From Paraspadella gotoi (taxonomy: Eukaryota; Animalia; Chaetognatha): a stretch of 64,000 nucleotides of DNA. Of the stretch, positions 37,801 through 50,995 are shown in pieces. Both the position numbers and the translations under genes were made by a program. A model generated the notes under the pieces. It was not told where the DNA came from. It did not search any database and was given only the letters and a program-made list of their open reading frames with translations. The stretch lies in NCBI GenBank assembly GCA_051294375.1, contig JBJCIZ010001661.1, forward strand, positions 1-64,000, in the 5' to 3' direction. How positions within the stretch are numbered: the stretch's first letter is position 1; the number at the start of each line of letters is the position of its first letter.

Positions 37801-40800
37801 TTACAACAAATCGTTAATTTATTTTTTTATTTGCACGGATTTACACAAGAAAATAATTGTACTATAAAAATGTAAAGTTTTACACAGATTTTTTTTTGCA
37901 TTTCTGTACAAATCTGGACAAATTAACTTTTGTATTTTGTACAGGATTGCAAAGAAAGACAAACAAATTGTTTTTTGCACAGGATTGCACAGCATTCAAA
38001 CCACTGTTTCTCCTTTTTTTCACGACAAATAAAAAAAAGTTTTTTTACTGTTTCAATCGGTAAAAGGTTTTAAAAGTTATAATTTTGCTATTTTTTTCCT
38101 GTGCAAATCTGTGCAAATTGCACAGGATGCACAGAAAGACGAAAAAATGTTTGTACAGGATTGCACAGCATTACAACAAATTGTTAATTCTATTTTTTCA
38201 TTGCACAGATTTGCACAGGAAAATAATTTGTGCCATAAAAATTTAAAGTTTTGCACAGATTTTTTTAATTTTTAATCCTGTGCAAACTTTGCAAGTGAAA
38301 TATAGACCTAAAAAAGTTAAAACTGTACTAAAAAAAACATTTTTTATGCTATTTTTATTCCTGTGCAAATCTGTACAATCTGTACAATNNNNNNNNNNNN
38401 NNNNNNNNNNNNNNNNNNNNNNNNNNNNNNNNNNNNNNNNNNNNNNNNNNNNNNNNNNNNNNNNNNNNNNNNNNNNNNNNNNNNNNNNNNNNNNNNNNNN
38501 NNNNNNNNNNNNNNNNNNNNNNNNNNNNNNNNNNNNNNNNNNNNNNNNNNNNNNNNNNNNNNNNNNNNNNNNNNNNNNNNNNNNNNNNNNNNNNNNNNNN
38601 NNNNNNNNNNNNNNNNNNNNNNNNNNNNNNNNNNNNNNNNNNNNNNNNNNNNNNNNNNNNNNNNNNNNNNNNNNNNNNNNNNNNNNNNNNNNNNNNNNNN
38701 NNNNNNNNNNNNNNNNNNNNNNNNNNNNNNNNNNNNNNNNNNNNNNNNNNNNNNNNNNNNNNNNNNNNNNNNNNNNNNNNNNNNNNNNNNNNNNNNNNNN
38801 NNNNNNNNNNNNNNNNNNNNNNNNNNNNNNNNNNNNNNNNNNNNNNNNNNNNNNNNNNNNNNNNNNNNNNNNNNNNNNNNNNNNNNNNNNNNNNNNNNNN
38901 NNNNNNNNNNNNNNNNNNNNNNNNNNNNNNNNNNNNNNNNNNTAAAAAATCGTTAATTCTATTTTTTTATTGCACAGATTTGTACAGGAAAATAATTTGT
39001 GCCACAAAAAGTTAAAGTTTTGTACAGATTTTTCTTATTTTTAATCCTGTGCAAACCTTTGCAAATACAAAATGTATCTTTTACATATATCCTATTCAAT
39101 CTTTTATAAAGTTAAAAAAGATTTGCACAGGAATAGGATTGTGACAAAATATTTTAATTTTTTGATGCTATTTTTATTCCTGTATAATTCAGGGCATAAT
39201 ATTTTCATTTTTATTTTTGCACAGGATTTCATAGAAAGTCAAACAAATTGTTTTTTGCATAGGATTTCACAGCATTACAACAAATCGTTAATTATATTTT
39301 TTATTTGCAAGGATTTGCATAAGAATAGAATAGTGCTATAAAAATTTAAAGTTTTGCCCAGATTCTTTTTTTTNNNNNNNNNNNNNNNNNNNNNNNNNNN
39401 NNNNNNNNNNNNNNNNNNNNNNNNNNNNNNNNNNNNNNNNNNNNNNNNNNNNNNNNNNNNNNNNNNNNNNNNNNNNNNNNNNNNNNNNNNNNNNNNNNNN
39501 NNNNNNNNNNNNNNNNNNNNNNNNNNNNNNNNNNNNNNNNNNNNNNNNNNNNNNNNNNNNNNNNNNNNNNNNNNNNNNNNNNNNNNNNNNNNNNNNNNNN
39601 NNNNNNNNNNNNNNNNNNNNNNNNNNNNNNNNNNNNNNNNNNNNNNNNNNNNNNNNNNNNNNNNNNNNNNNNNNNNNNNNNNNNNNNNNNNNNNNNNNNN
39701 NNNNNNNNNNNNNNNNNNNNNNNNNNNNNNNNNNNNNNNNNNNNNNNNNNNNNNNNNNNNNNNNTTTTTTACTGTGCAAATAGGTGAAAGGTTTTAAAAA
39801 TTATATTTGCACTAATTTTATTCCTGTGCAAATCGGTGCAAATTGATATTTTTTGCACAGGATTGCACAGCATTACTACTAATCGTTATTTTTACTATTT
39901 TATTTGTACAGATTTGCACAGGAACAGGATTGTGCCATAAAAATTTTAAGTTTTGCACAGATTATTTTCATTTTACCTGTGCAAACCTTTGCAAATATAA
40001 TATGTATCATTTACATATATTCTATTCAATCTTCTATGAAGTTAAAAATTAATTTTTGCCCCTAATCAAAAAAAATTTTTCTTGAATAAAAGCCCTGCAA
40101 AGTGAAAAATGGCACTAAATACTAATATTGCATTATTTTTTTGCACAGGATTGCACAGCATTCCTGTGTAAATCTAGGCAAATTGTTATTTCTCATTTTT
40201 TTTATGCTGAATCGAAAAAAAGAATTTTTTACTGTGCAAATCAATAAAAAGTTAAAAAAAATAAAATTGTGCTATTTTTATTCCTATACAAATCTGTGCA
40301 AATAGAATTTTTTATTTTGTATTGGATTGCCCAGAAAGACAAACAAATTGTTTGCACAGGATTACACATCATTACAACAAATCGTTATTTCTCCTAAAAA
40401 TGGCACTAAATACTAATATTGCATTTTTTTATTCCTGTTCAAATCTGTACAAATTATTTTTCTTTATTATGCACAGGATTGCAAAGAAAGACAAACAAAT
40501 TGTTCTTTGCACAGGATTGCACAGCATTTAAAAAACTGTTATTTCTCTTTTTTTCACGACAAATCAAAAAATATATTTTTTTTACTGTGCAAATCGGTAA
40601 AAGGTTTTAAAAATGTTCAGAATTATTCTATATTTTCTTACTGCTGCAAATCTGTGCAAATTGATTTTTTTTGCACAGGAATTGCACCAGAAAAAACAAA
40701 AAATTGTTTGCACAGGATTGCACAGCATTATAACAATTGTTATATTCTATTTTTTATTGCACAGATTGCACAGGAAAATAATTTGTGCCATAAAAATGTG

Positions 40801-43378
40801 AAAGTTTTGCACAGATTTTTCTTATTTTTAATCCTGTGCAAACCTTTGCAAATATAAAATGATATTCTTTACATATATCCTATTCAATCTTTTTATAACG
40901 TTAAAAAGATTCGCACAGGATAGGATTGTGACAAAAATTATTAAATTTTTTTGATGCTATTTTTATTCCTGTGAGAGTTAAAACTGCACTAACAATACTA
41001 ACATTGAGCTATTTTTTTCCTGTGATGCAAATCTGTGCAAAATGATTTTTTTATATTTCAGAGAGTACATCAAATTGTTTTGCCTGCAGAGCAGGATTGC
41101 ACAGCATTCCTGTGAAAATCTGTGGCAAATTGTTTATTCTTAATTTTTGTTAACGCCTAAATAGAAAAATAATTTTTTACTGTATGCAATCAAATAAAAA
41201 GTAATAAAAAATTATATGGCGCTATTTTTATTCCTATTCAAATATGTAAAAATTGATTTTTTATAGATGCCAAGAAAGACAAACAAATTGTTGGCAAAGG
41301 ATTGCCACGTTACAACAAATCGTTAATTTATTTTTTTATTTGCACGGATTTACACAAGAAAATAATTTGTACTATAAAAATGTAAAGTTTTACACAGATT
41401 TTTTTTTGCATTTCTGTACAGAATCTGGACAAATTAACTTTGTATTTGGTACAGGATTGCAAAGAAAGACAAACAAATTTTTTTTTGCACAGGACTGTAC
41501 AGCATTACAACAAATTGTTATTGTCCTTTTTTATGCTAAATCAAAAAAAAAACTTTTACTGGGGTGTTAATCGGTAAAAGGTTTCAAAATTATACTTGCG
41601 GTATTCTTATTCCTGTGCAAATCAGTGCAATTGATATTTTTTGCATAGGATTGCACAGCATTACACGACAAATCGTTAATTGTTAATATTTTATTTGTAC
41701 CGATCTGCACAGGATAGGATTGTGCCCATAAAAATTTAAGTTGCACAATATATTTTAATTTTTAATTATGTACAAACCTTTGCAATATAATATGTATCAT
41801 TTACATATATTCTATCAATCTTTTATAGAGTTAAAAAAAAAAATTCCCCCTAATCAAAATTACATTTTTTATGAAAAAAAACCCAAAAGGTGAAAAATGG
41901 CACTAAATACTAATATTGCATTATTCTTATTCCTGTGCAAATCTGTACAAATTATTTTTTCAGAAAGACAAACAATTTTTTTTCAACAGGAATGCACAGT
42001 ATTCCTGTGCAAATCTGTACAAATTGATTTTTATTTTTCACAGGATTGCAAAGAAAGACAAACAAATTGTTCTTTGCACGGATTACACAGCATTCAAAAT
42101 TGTTTTTTCTCACACGACAATAAAAAAAAATATTTTCTCTCCTGTGCAATACATGTGCAAATGGATTTTTTTGCACAGGATTGCACAGAAAAACAAAAAA
42201 TTGTTTGCAGACAGGATTGCACAGCATTATAACAAATCGTTAATTCTATTTTTTTATTGCCACAGATTTGCACAGGAAATAATTTGTGCCATTAAAGTTA
42301 AAGTTTTGCACAGATTTTTCTTATTTTTAATCCGTGCAAACCTTTGCAAATATAAAATGTATCTTTTACATATATCCTATTCAATCTTTTATAAAGTTAA
42401 AAAAAACTGTTTTGCCCCTAATCAAAATAAAAATCCTTCATGAAAAAAAGCCCTAAAAGTTAAAACTGCACTAAATACTTATATTGCACTATTTTAATTA
42501 ATGTGCAAATCTGTACAAGTTTATTTTTTCAGAGAGACAAACATTTTTTTTTGCACAGGATTGCACAGCATTCTTGTACAATCTTTACAAATTGATTTTT
42601 TTATTTTGAACAGGATTGCAAGAAAGACAAAAAATTGTTTTTTGTACAGGATTGCACAGCATTACAACAAATTTTTATTTCTCAAAAATATAATTGCGCT
42701 ATTTTTCTCTCCTGTGTGCAAATCTGTACAAATTGATTTTTTATTTTGCACAGGATTACAACAAATCATTAATTCTATTTTTTTATTTAACACAGATTTG
42801 TACAGGAATAGAATTGTGCCAATAAAATTAAAGTTTTTCAAAATTTGTCATTTTTTTATAAAGTTTAAAATAAAACTGTTTGCCCAAAATCAAAATCAAA
42901 ATCCTTAATGAACTTTAAAAAGTAAAAACTGCACAACATACTAATATTGCGCTATTTTTATTGTGTGCAAATCTGAGCAAATTGATTTTTTCAGAGAGAC
43001 AAACAAATTGTTTTTTGCACAGGATTGCACAGCATTATAACCAATAGATTTTATGCTCTTTTTTTTGCACAGGTTTGCACAGGAATAGGATTGTGCCATA
43101 ACAATTTAATTTTTTGATGCTTTTTTATTCCTGTACAAATCTGTGCATAATGATTTTTTTCATTTTTGCACAGGATTGCAATAGAAAATCAAACAATATG
43201 TTTTTTGCACAGATTTGCACAGGAATAGGGATTGTGACAAAATATTTTAATTTTTTGATGCTATTTTTTTTACCTGTATCATTCAGGGCATAATATTTTT
43301 ATTTTTATTTTTGTACAGGATTTCATAGAAAGTCAAACAAATGTTTTTTGCATAGGATTGCACAGCATTATAACAAAT
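34831..43378. repeat. TGCACA-core repeat, block 3 (two N-gaps)
   Basis: Continuation of block 2 after the nested Helentron, in the same orientation. Confidence 0.93.
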
Positions 43379-43534
43379 CGGACAGACAGACAGACGGATG
43401 GATGGACATCATTTTTTTGCATAACTTATCATAATTTGATGTTCTGACATGATATGAGTGAATGCCCAACAAGATTGAGGGTTATAGAGTGAATATAGAG
43501 TCAGGATATGCTGATAAGCAGATCCGACTAAAAA
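43379..43534 (-). mobile_element. 5' end of HINE-like Helentron (minus strand)
   Basis: AGTCAGGATATGCTGATAAGCAGATCCGACTAAAAA terminus and GGAC/AGAC microsatellite joined to the TGCACA repeat. Confidence 0.82.
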
Positions 43535-44247
43535 CAAAATTAATAAAAAAATGAATTTTTACTTCTATTGATGGGTGGATTGAGATAAAAAAAATTTGTG
43601 TGGTGATTGAGCAGAATGGAATCGATGGATTTGAGCGAGCGGAGATGGAAAAAAAATTACATTTTCTCTCTCTCTCTCAGATAAAATGATTGATTGGCTG
43701 ATTGCTTCCGATGTTTGAGTGATTAAATTGAAATATTTTTTTTATTTATTTGTTAATAAAAACTGTTATGACTATTTTTACCATGATGGAAAAGTTATAT
43801 AATAAACCAAAACCACTATTTTTTTTATTGCCGTATGATTGATTGATTGATTGATGGCACTATTTTCACTATTTTCACAAAATTGATGATTATAGTCGAA
43901 TAAAAAATGACTATCATTGCATCAAAAATGACTATCATATCTTTCAATAAATGACTATCATTCTCAATAAATGATTATCTTCACATCAAATGATGCTTAT
44001 TATCGCCCTGAATGAATTATAATCATATATCAATAAAAAATTTTCTTTGAGAATTTTTAGAAATTTGTACAAGATTTGCAAAATCTATTTGCAAGTAATC
44101 AGCTGGTTTGTGTGTCTGTCAGTCTGTCCCACCTTAGTATTAAAAAAACCATAAACTTGGGTAAAAATTTTTTTGAATTATTGTTTGCTAAAATAGTATA
44201 ATATATAAATGAGATGCTTCTTAAGCTTAAGCGCACAGATTTCAAAC

Positions 44248-45941
44248 TTGTGACACAGAATAGGCGCCCTACGGACCAGAGATTCTCTAAGAGATCTGTG
44301 ACACCCAGTGGCGCCCACAACCGTGTCACAAATAATATTTTTTGTTTCTTAATCCCCATATTTAACCCCGCACTTAAAAGCCCCAGCCTTCCCCATATTT
44401 TCTTTAGATACAAAGACAATTTTTCTTCTTTGTGACACAGTGTGGCGCCCACTGACCAAGAGATTCTCTAAAGGGATCTGTGACACCCAGTGGCGCCCAC
44501 ACCGTGTCACAAATAATATTTTTTTTGTTTCTTAATCCCATATTTAACCCCCGCACTTAAAAGCCCCAGCCTTCCCATATTTTTCTTTAGATACAAAGAC
44601 AATTTTTCTCTTTGTGACACAGTGTGGCGCCCACTGACCAAGAGATTCTCTAAGGGATCTGTGACACCCAGTGGCGCCCACACCGTGTCACAAATAATAT
44701 TTTTTTGTTTTCTTAATCCCCATATTTAACCCCCGCACTTAAAAGCCCAGCCTTCCCCATATTTTTCTTTAGATACAAAGACAATTTTTCTTCTTTGTGA
44801 CACAGTGTGGCGCCCACTGACCAAGAGATTCTCTAAGGGATCTGTGACACCCAGTGCGCCACACCGTGTCACAATAATATTTTTTTGTTTCTTAATCCCC
44901 ATATTTAACCCCCGCACTTAAAAGCCCCAGCCTTCCCCATATTTTTCTTTAGATACAAAGACAATTTTTCTTCTTTTGTGACACAGTGTGGCGCCCACTG
45001 ACCAAGAGATTCTCTAAGGGATCTGTGACACCCAGTGGCGCCCACACCGTGTCACAAATAATATTTTTTTGTTTCTTAATCCCCATATTAACCCCCGCAC
45101 TTAAAAGCCCCAGCCTTCCCAATATTTTTCTTTAGATACAAAGACAATTTTTCTTCTTTGTGACACAGTGTGGCGCCCACTGACCAAGAGATTCTCTAAG
45201 GATCTGTGGACACCCAGTGGCGCCCACACCGTGTCACAAATAATATTTTTTGTTTGTTCTTAATCCCCATATTTAACCCCCGCACTTAAAAGCCCCAGCC
45301 TTCCCCATATTTTTCTTTAGATACAAAGACAATTTTTCTTCTTTGTGACACAGTGGTGGCGCCCACTGACCAAGAGATTCTCTAAGGGATCTGTGACACC
45401 CAGTGGCGCCCAACACCGTGTCACAAAATAATATTTTTTTTGTTTCTTAATCCCCATATTTAACCCCGCACTTAAAAGCCCCAGCCTTCCCCATATTTTT
45501 CTTTAGATACAAAGACAATTTTTCTTCTTTGTGACACAGTGTGGCGCCCACTGACCAAGAGATTCTCTAAGGGATCTGTGACACCCAGTGGCGCCCACAC
45601 GCGTGTCACAAATAAATATTTTTTTGTTTCTTAATCCCCATATTTAACCCCCGCACTTAAAAAGCCCCAGCCTTCCCCATATTTTTCTTTAGATACCAAA
45701 GAACAATTTTCTTCTTTGTGACACAGTGTGGCGCCCACTGACCAAGAGATTCTCTAAGGATCTGTGACACCCAGTGGCGCCCACACCGTGTCAACAATAA
45801 TATTTTTTTGTTTCTTAATCCCCATATTTAACCCCCGCACTTAAAAGCCCCAGCCTTCCCCATATTTTCTTTAGATACAAAGACAATTTTTCTTCTTTGT
45901 GACACAGTGTGGCGCCCACTGACCAAGAGATTCTCTAAGGG
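44248..45941. repeat. 183-bp tandem satellite, array 1 (~9 units, ends in N-gap)
   Basis: Near-identical head-to-tail units TTGTGACACAGTGTGGCGCCCACTGACCAAGAG...AGACAATTTTTCTTCT. Confidence 0.97.
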
Positions 45942-45979
45942 NNNNNNNNNNNNNNNNNNNNNNNNNACAAAGAGAGAGA

Positions 45980-48900
45980 ATATTTTTCTTATTTTAATCC
46001 TGTGCAAACCTTTGCAACATATACAAAATGTATCTTTTACATATATCCATTTCAAATTTTTAAAGTAAAAAGATTGTTGCACAGGAATAGGATTTGTGAC
46101 AAAATATTATTGAATTTTTTGATGCTATTTTTATTTATTCTGTATAATTCAGGGCATAAATTCAATTTTTATTTTGCACAGGATTTCATAGAAAGTCAAA
46201 CAAATTGTTTTTTGGGCATAGGATTTCACAGCTTACAACAAATCGTTAATTATATGTTTTATTTGCAAGGATTTGCATAAGAAATAGAGATAGTGCTATA
46301 TAAATTTCAAATTTTTTGCCCAGATTTCTTTTTTTTTTGCGTTTTCTGTACAAATCTGTACAAAAGTAATATTTTTGTATTTGTACAGGATTGCAAAGTT
46401 TTTTGCATAGACTTGGCACAAGCATTATAATCAAATTGTTATTTTCTCTTTTTTATGCTAAATTAACCAAAATATTTTTTACTGTGTGCAAATAGGTGAA
46501 AGGTTTTAAAAATTATATTTGCACTAATTTTATTCCTGTGCAAATCGGTGCAAATTGATATTTTTTGCACAGGATTGCACAGCATTACTACTAATAGTTA
46601 TTTTTACTATTTTATTTGTACAGATTTGCACAGGAAACAGGATTGTGCCATAAAAATTTTAAGTTTTTGGCACAAGATTATTTTCATTTTAACCTGTGCA
46701 AACCTTTGGCAAATATTAATATGTATCATTTACATATATTCTATTCAATCTTCTATGAAGTTAAAAATTAATTTTTGCCCCTAATTCAAAAATGTTTTCT
46801 TGAATAAAAGCCCTGCAAAGTGAAAAATGGCACTAATACTAATATTGTCAGTTATTTTTTTTGCACAGGATTGCACAGGCATTCCTGTGTAAATCTAGGC
46901 AAATTGTTATTTCTCATTTTTTTTAATGCTGAATCGAAAAAAAGAATTTTTTAACTGTGGCAAATCAATAAAAAGTTAAAAAAAAAATAAATTGTGCTAT
47001 TTTTTATTCCTATACAAATCTGTGCAAAATAGATTTTTATTTTGTATTGGATTGCCCAGAAAGACAAACAAATTGTTTGCACAGGATTACAACATCATTA
47101 CAACAAATCGTTATGTTCTCCTAAAATGGCAACTAATACTAATATTGCATTATTTTTATTCCTGTTTCAAATCTGTACAAATTATTTTTTCTTTATTATG
47201 GCACAGGATTGCAAAGAAAGACAAACAAATTGTTCTTTTGCACAGGATTGCACAGCATTTAAAAAACTGTTATTTCTCTTTTTTTTCAAGACAAATCAAA
47301 AAAAATAAAATTTTTTTTACTGTGCAAATCGGTAAAAGTGTTTAAAAAAAATTAGAATTTTTATATTTTTCTTCCTGTGCAAATCTGTGCAAATTGATTT
47401 TTTTTGCACAGGATTGCACAAAACAAAAAATTGTTTGCACAGGATTGCACAGCATTATAACAAATTGTTAATTCTATTTTTTATTGCACAGATTTGCACA
47501 GGAAAATAATTTGTGCCATAAAAAGTTAAAGTTTTGCACAGATTTTTCTTATTTTTAATCCTGTGCAAACCTTTGCAAATATAAAAATGTAAATCTTTTA
47601 CATATTATCCTATTCAATCTTTTTATAACGTTAAAAAGATTCGCACAGGATAGGATTGTGACAAAAAGTATTTTAAATTTTTTTATGCTATTTTTATTCC
47701 TGTAGAGTTTAAAACTGCACTAAAAATACTAACATTGAGCTATTTTTATTCCTGTGGAAAAATCTGTGCCAAAATGATTTAATTTTTCAGAGAGAGCATA
47801 CAAATTGTTTTTTGCACAGGATTGCACAGCATTCCTGTGCAAATCTGTGCAAAATTGTTTATTTCTAATTTTTCTAACGCTAAATAGAAAAAATAATTTT
47901 TTTTACTGTGCAAATCAATAAAAAGTATAAAAAATTATAATTGCCGCTATTTTTTATTCCTATTCAAATATGTAAAAATTGATTTTTTATAGATTGCAAG
48001 AAAGACAAACAAATTGTTTGCAAAGGATTGCAAGCGTTACAACAAATCGTTAATTTATTTTTTTATTTGCACGGATTTACACAAGAAAATAATTGTACTA
48101 TAAAATGTAAAGTTTTACACAGATTTTTTTTTGCATTTCTGTACAAATCTGGACAAATTAACTTTTGTATTTTGGTACAGGATTGCAAAGAAAGACAAAC
48201 AAATTTTTTTTTGCACAGGACTGTACAGCATTACAACAAATTGTTATTGTCTTTTTTATGCTAAATCAAAAAAAAAACTTTTACTGGTGTTAATCGGTAA
48301 AAGGTTTCAAAATTATACTTGCGGTATTCTTATTCCTGTGCAAATCAGTGCAATTGATATTTTTTGCATAGGATTGCACAGCATTACAACAAATCGTTAA
48401 TTGTTAACTATTTTATTTGTACCCGGATCTGCACAGGATAGGATTGTGCCATAAAAATTTAAGTTGCACATATTATTTTAATTTTTTAATTATGTACAAA
48501 CCTTTGCAAATATAATATGTATCATTTACATATATTCTATCAATCTTTTATAGAGTTAAAAAAAAAAATTTCCCCCTAATCAAAATTACATTTTTTTATG
48601 AAAAAAAACCCAAAAGTGAAAAAATGGCACTAAAATACTAATATTGCATTATTCTTATTCCTGTGCAAATCTGTACAAATTTATTTTTTCAGAAAGACAA
48701 ACAATTTTTTTTCAACAGGAATGCACAGTATTCCTGTGCAAATCTGTACAAATTGATTTTTATTTTTCACAGGATTGCAAAGAAAGACAAACAAATTGTT
48801 CTTTGCACAGGATTACACAGCATTCAAAAATTGTTATTTCTCCTTTTTTTCACGACAAATAAAAAAAAATATTTTTCATCCTGTGCAAATCTGTGCAAAT

Positions 48901-50130
48901 GGATTTTTTTTGCACAGGATTGCACAGAAAAACAAAAAATTGTTTGCACAGGATTGCACAGCATTATAACAAATCGTTAATTCTATTTTTTTATTGCACA
49001 GATTTGCACAGGAAAATAATTTGTGCCATTAAAAGTTAAAGTTTTGCACAGATTTTTCTTATTTTTAATCCTGTGCAAACCTTTGCAAATATAAAATGTA
49101 TCTTTTACATATATCCTATTCAATCTTTTATAAAGTTAAAAAAACTGTTTTGCCCCTAATCAAAATAAAAATCCTTCATGAAAAAAAGCCCTAAAAAGTT
49201 AAAACTGCACTAAATACTTATATTGCACTATTTTTATTAATGTGCAAATCTGTACAAGTTTATTTTTTCAGAGAGACAAACATTTTTTTTGCACAGGATT
49301 GCACAGCATTCTTGTACAAATCTTTACAAATTGATTTTTTTTATTTTGAACAGGATTGCAAAGAAAGACAAAAAAATTGTTTTTTGTACAGGATTGCACA
49401 GCATTACAACAAATTTTTATTTCTCAAAAAATATAATTGCGCTATTTTTCTTCCTGTGCAAATCTGTACAAATTGATTTTTTATTTTGCACAGGATTACA
49501 ACAAATCATTAATTCTATTTTTTTATTTAACACAGATTTGTACAGGAATAGAATTGTGCCATAAAAATTAAAAGTTTTCAAAATTTGTCATTTTTTTATA
49601 AAGTTTAAAATAAAAACTGTTTTGCCCAAAATCAAAATCAAAATCCTTTATGAAAAAACTTTAAAAAGTAAAAACTGCACAACATACTAATATTGCGCTA
49701 TTTTTATTTGTGTGCAAATCTGAGCAAATTGATTTTTTCAGAGAGACAAACAAATTGTTTTTTGCACAGGATTGCACAGCATTATAACCAATAGATTTTT
49801 ATGCTCTTTTTTTTGCACAGGTTTGCACAGGAATAGGATTGTGCCATAACAATTTAATTTTTTGATGCTCTTTTTATTCCTGTACAAATCTGTGCATAAT
49901 GATTTTTTTCATTTTTGCACAGGATTGCATAGAAAATCAAACAATATGTTTTTTGCACAGATTTGCACAGGAATAGGATTGTGACAAAATATTTTAATTT
50001 TTTGATGCTATTTTTATTCCTGTATCATTCAGGGCATAATATTTTTATTTTTATTTTTGTACAGGATTTCATAGAAAGTCAAACAAATTGTTTTTTGCCA
50101 ATAGGAATTGGCAGCAGCATTATAACAAAT
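45980..50130. repeat. TGCACA-core repeat, block 4 (duplicate of ~39030-43378)
   Basis: Collinear with 39030-43378 apart from small indels. Confidence 0.9.
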
Positions 50131-50291
50131 CGGAACAGACCAGACGACGGATGGAATGGACGATCATTTTTTTTGCATAACTTATCATAATTTGATGTTC
50201 TGACATGATATGAGTGAATGCCCAACAAGATTGAGGGTTATAGAGTGAACTATAGAGTCAGGATATGCTGATAAGCAGATCCGACTAAAAA
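50131..50291 (-). mobile_element. 5' end of HINE-like Helentron (minus strand), duplicate of 43379-43534
   Basis: Same terminus and same junction with the TGCACA repeat. Confidence 0.82.
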
Positions 50292-50995
50292 CAAAATTTA
50301 TAAAAAAATGAATTTTTTACTTCTATTGATGGGTGGATTGAGATAAAAAAAATTTGTGTGTGATTGAGCAGAATGGAATCGATGGATTTGAGCGAGCGGA
50401 GATGGAAAAAAAATTACATTTTCTCTCTCTCTCTCAGATAAAATGATTGATTGGCTGATTGCTCCGATGTTTGAGTGATTAATTGAAATATTTTTTTATT
50501 TATTTGTTAATAAAACTGTTATGACTATTTTTACCATGATGAAAAGTTATAATAAACCAAAACCACTATTTTTTTTATTGCCGTATGATTGATTGATTGA
50601 TTGATCGCACTATTTTCACTATTTTCACAAAATTGATGATTATAGTCGAATAAAAAATGACTATCATTGCATCAAAAAATGACTATCATCTCTTCAATAA
50701 ATGACTATCATTTCTCAATAAATGATTATCTTCACATCAATGAATGCTTATTATCGCCCTGAATGAATTATAATCATGATATCAATAAAAAATTTTCTTT
50801 GAGATTTTTAGAAATTTGTACAGATTTGCAAAATCTATTTGCAAGTAATCAGCTGGTTTGTGTGTCTGTCAGTCTGTCCCACTTAGTATTTAAAAACCAA
50901 TAACTTGGGTAAAAATTTTTTTGAATTATTGTTTGCTAAAATAGTATAATATATAATGAGATGCTTCTTAAGCTTAATGCGCACAGATTTCAAAC

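Noticed and set aside
1999-46082. ORFs containing X runs
   Set aside because: They are open only because they cross N-gaps.
1-50130. Metal-response elements (TGCRCNC) in the repeat core
   Set aside because: The core is TGCACAG/TGCACAA, missing the final C; occasional matches are drift.
579-50190. Many 60-175-aa ORFs with CTG/LHR/CANLCK/AQDC words
   Set aside because: They are translations of the TGCACA repeat in all six frames, with no conserved frame between paralogues.
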